NCBI RefSeq assembly: GCF_009914755.1
Contig: NC_060944.1
Reading direction: 5' to 3' (one strand)
DNA length: 64,000 bases
Source: the human T2T-CHM13v2.0 reference genome, Homo sapiens
The notes beneath the pieces were generated by a model, which was not told where the DNA came from, did no database searches, and was given only the letters and a program-made list of their open reading frames with translations. The stretch's first letter is position 1, and every line of letters begins with the position of its first letter. Positions 63,931-64,000 of the stretch are shown in pieces. A program made the position numbers and the translations under genes.

Positions 63931-64000
63931 ACAACAACAACAAAAACAACAAAAGGTGACGACTTGAGTCATGAATTCAACGGATTCCTCCGAGTGTCAG

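Overview
Human genomic DNA, recognisable as chr20q13.33. It carries four known protein-coding genes, and I could rebuild their exon structures from GT-AG boundaries. (1) ZGPAT (+): last five coding exons, 19495-22195; the first ~19.5 kb of the window is its large Alu/L1-packed intron. (2) LIME1 (+): complete CDS, 23826-25171, 888 nt = 295 aa. (3) SLC2A4RG (+): complete CDS, 26179-29256, 1164 nt = 387 aa, with a CpG-island promoter. (4) ZBTB46 (-): last three coding exons (61681-61397, 39127-38952, 33567-33196), convergent with SLC2A4RG. The rest is Alu, old L1, MER2, MaLR/ERVL LTRs and at least seven minisatellites. Most ORFs in the supplied track are Alu-, repeat- or GC-derived noise. I found no CRISPR array, rRNA, tRNA or foreign DNA, and I cannot claim a wholly new biological system. 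The best leads are these. (a) A candidate alternative terminal exon in ZBTB46 intron 3 (42738 to ~41975): in frame, with its own stop and AATAAA, and it would give a zinc-finger-less isoform. (b) Three separate tandem repeats that amplify 3' splice sites next to or inside functional domains (ZGPAT G-patch region, ZBTB46 finger 2). (c) A minisatellite built from a DNA-transposon terminus, followed by a ~1.1 kb UG tract and a cryptic acceptor just before a ZGPAT exon. (d) An in-frame, signal-peptide-like N-terminal extension of LIME1. Gene and repeat names come from recall of the sequences, not from a database search. Repeat boundaries are approximate.
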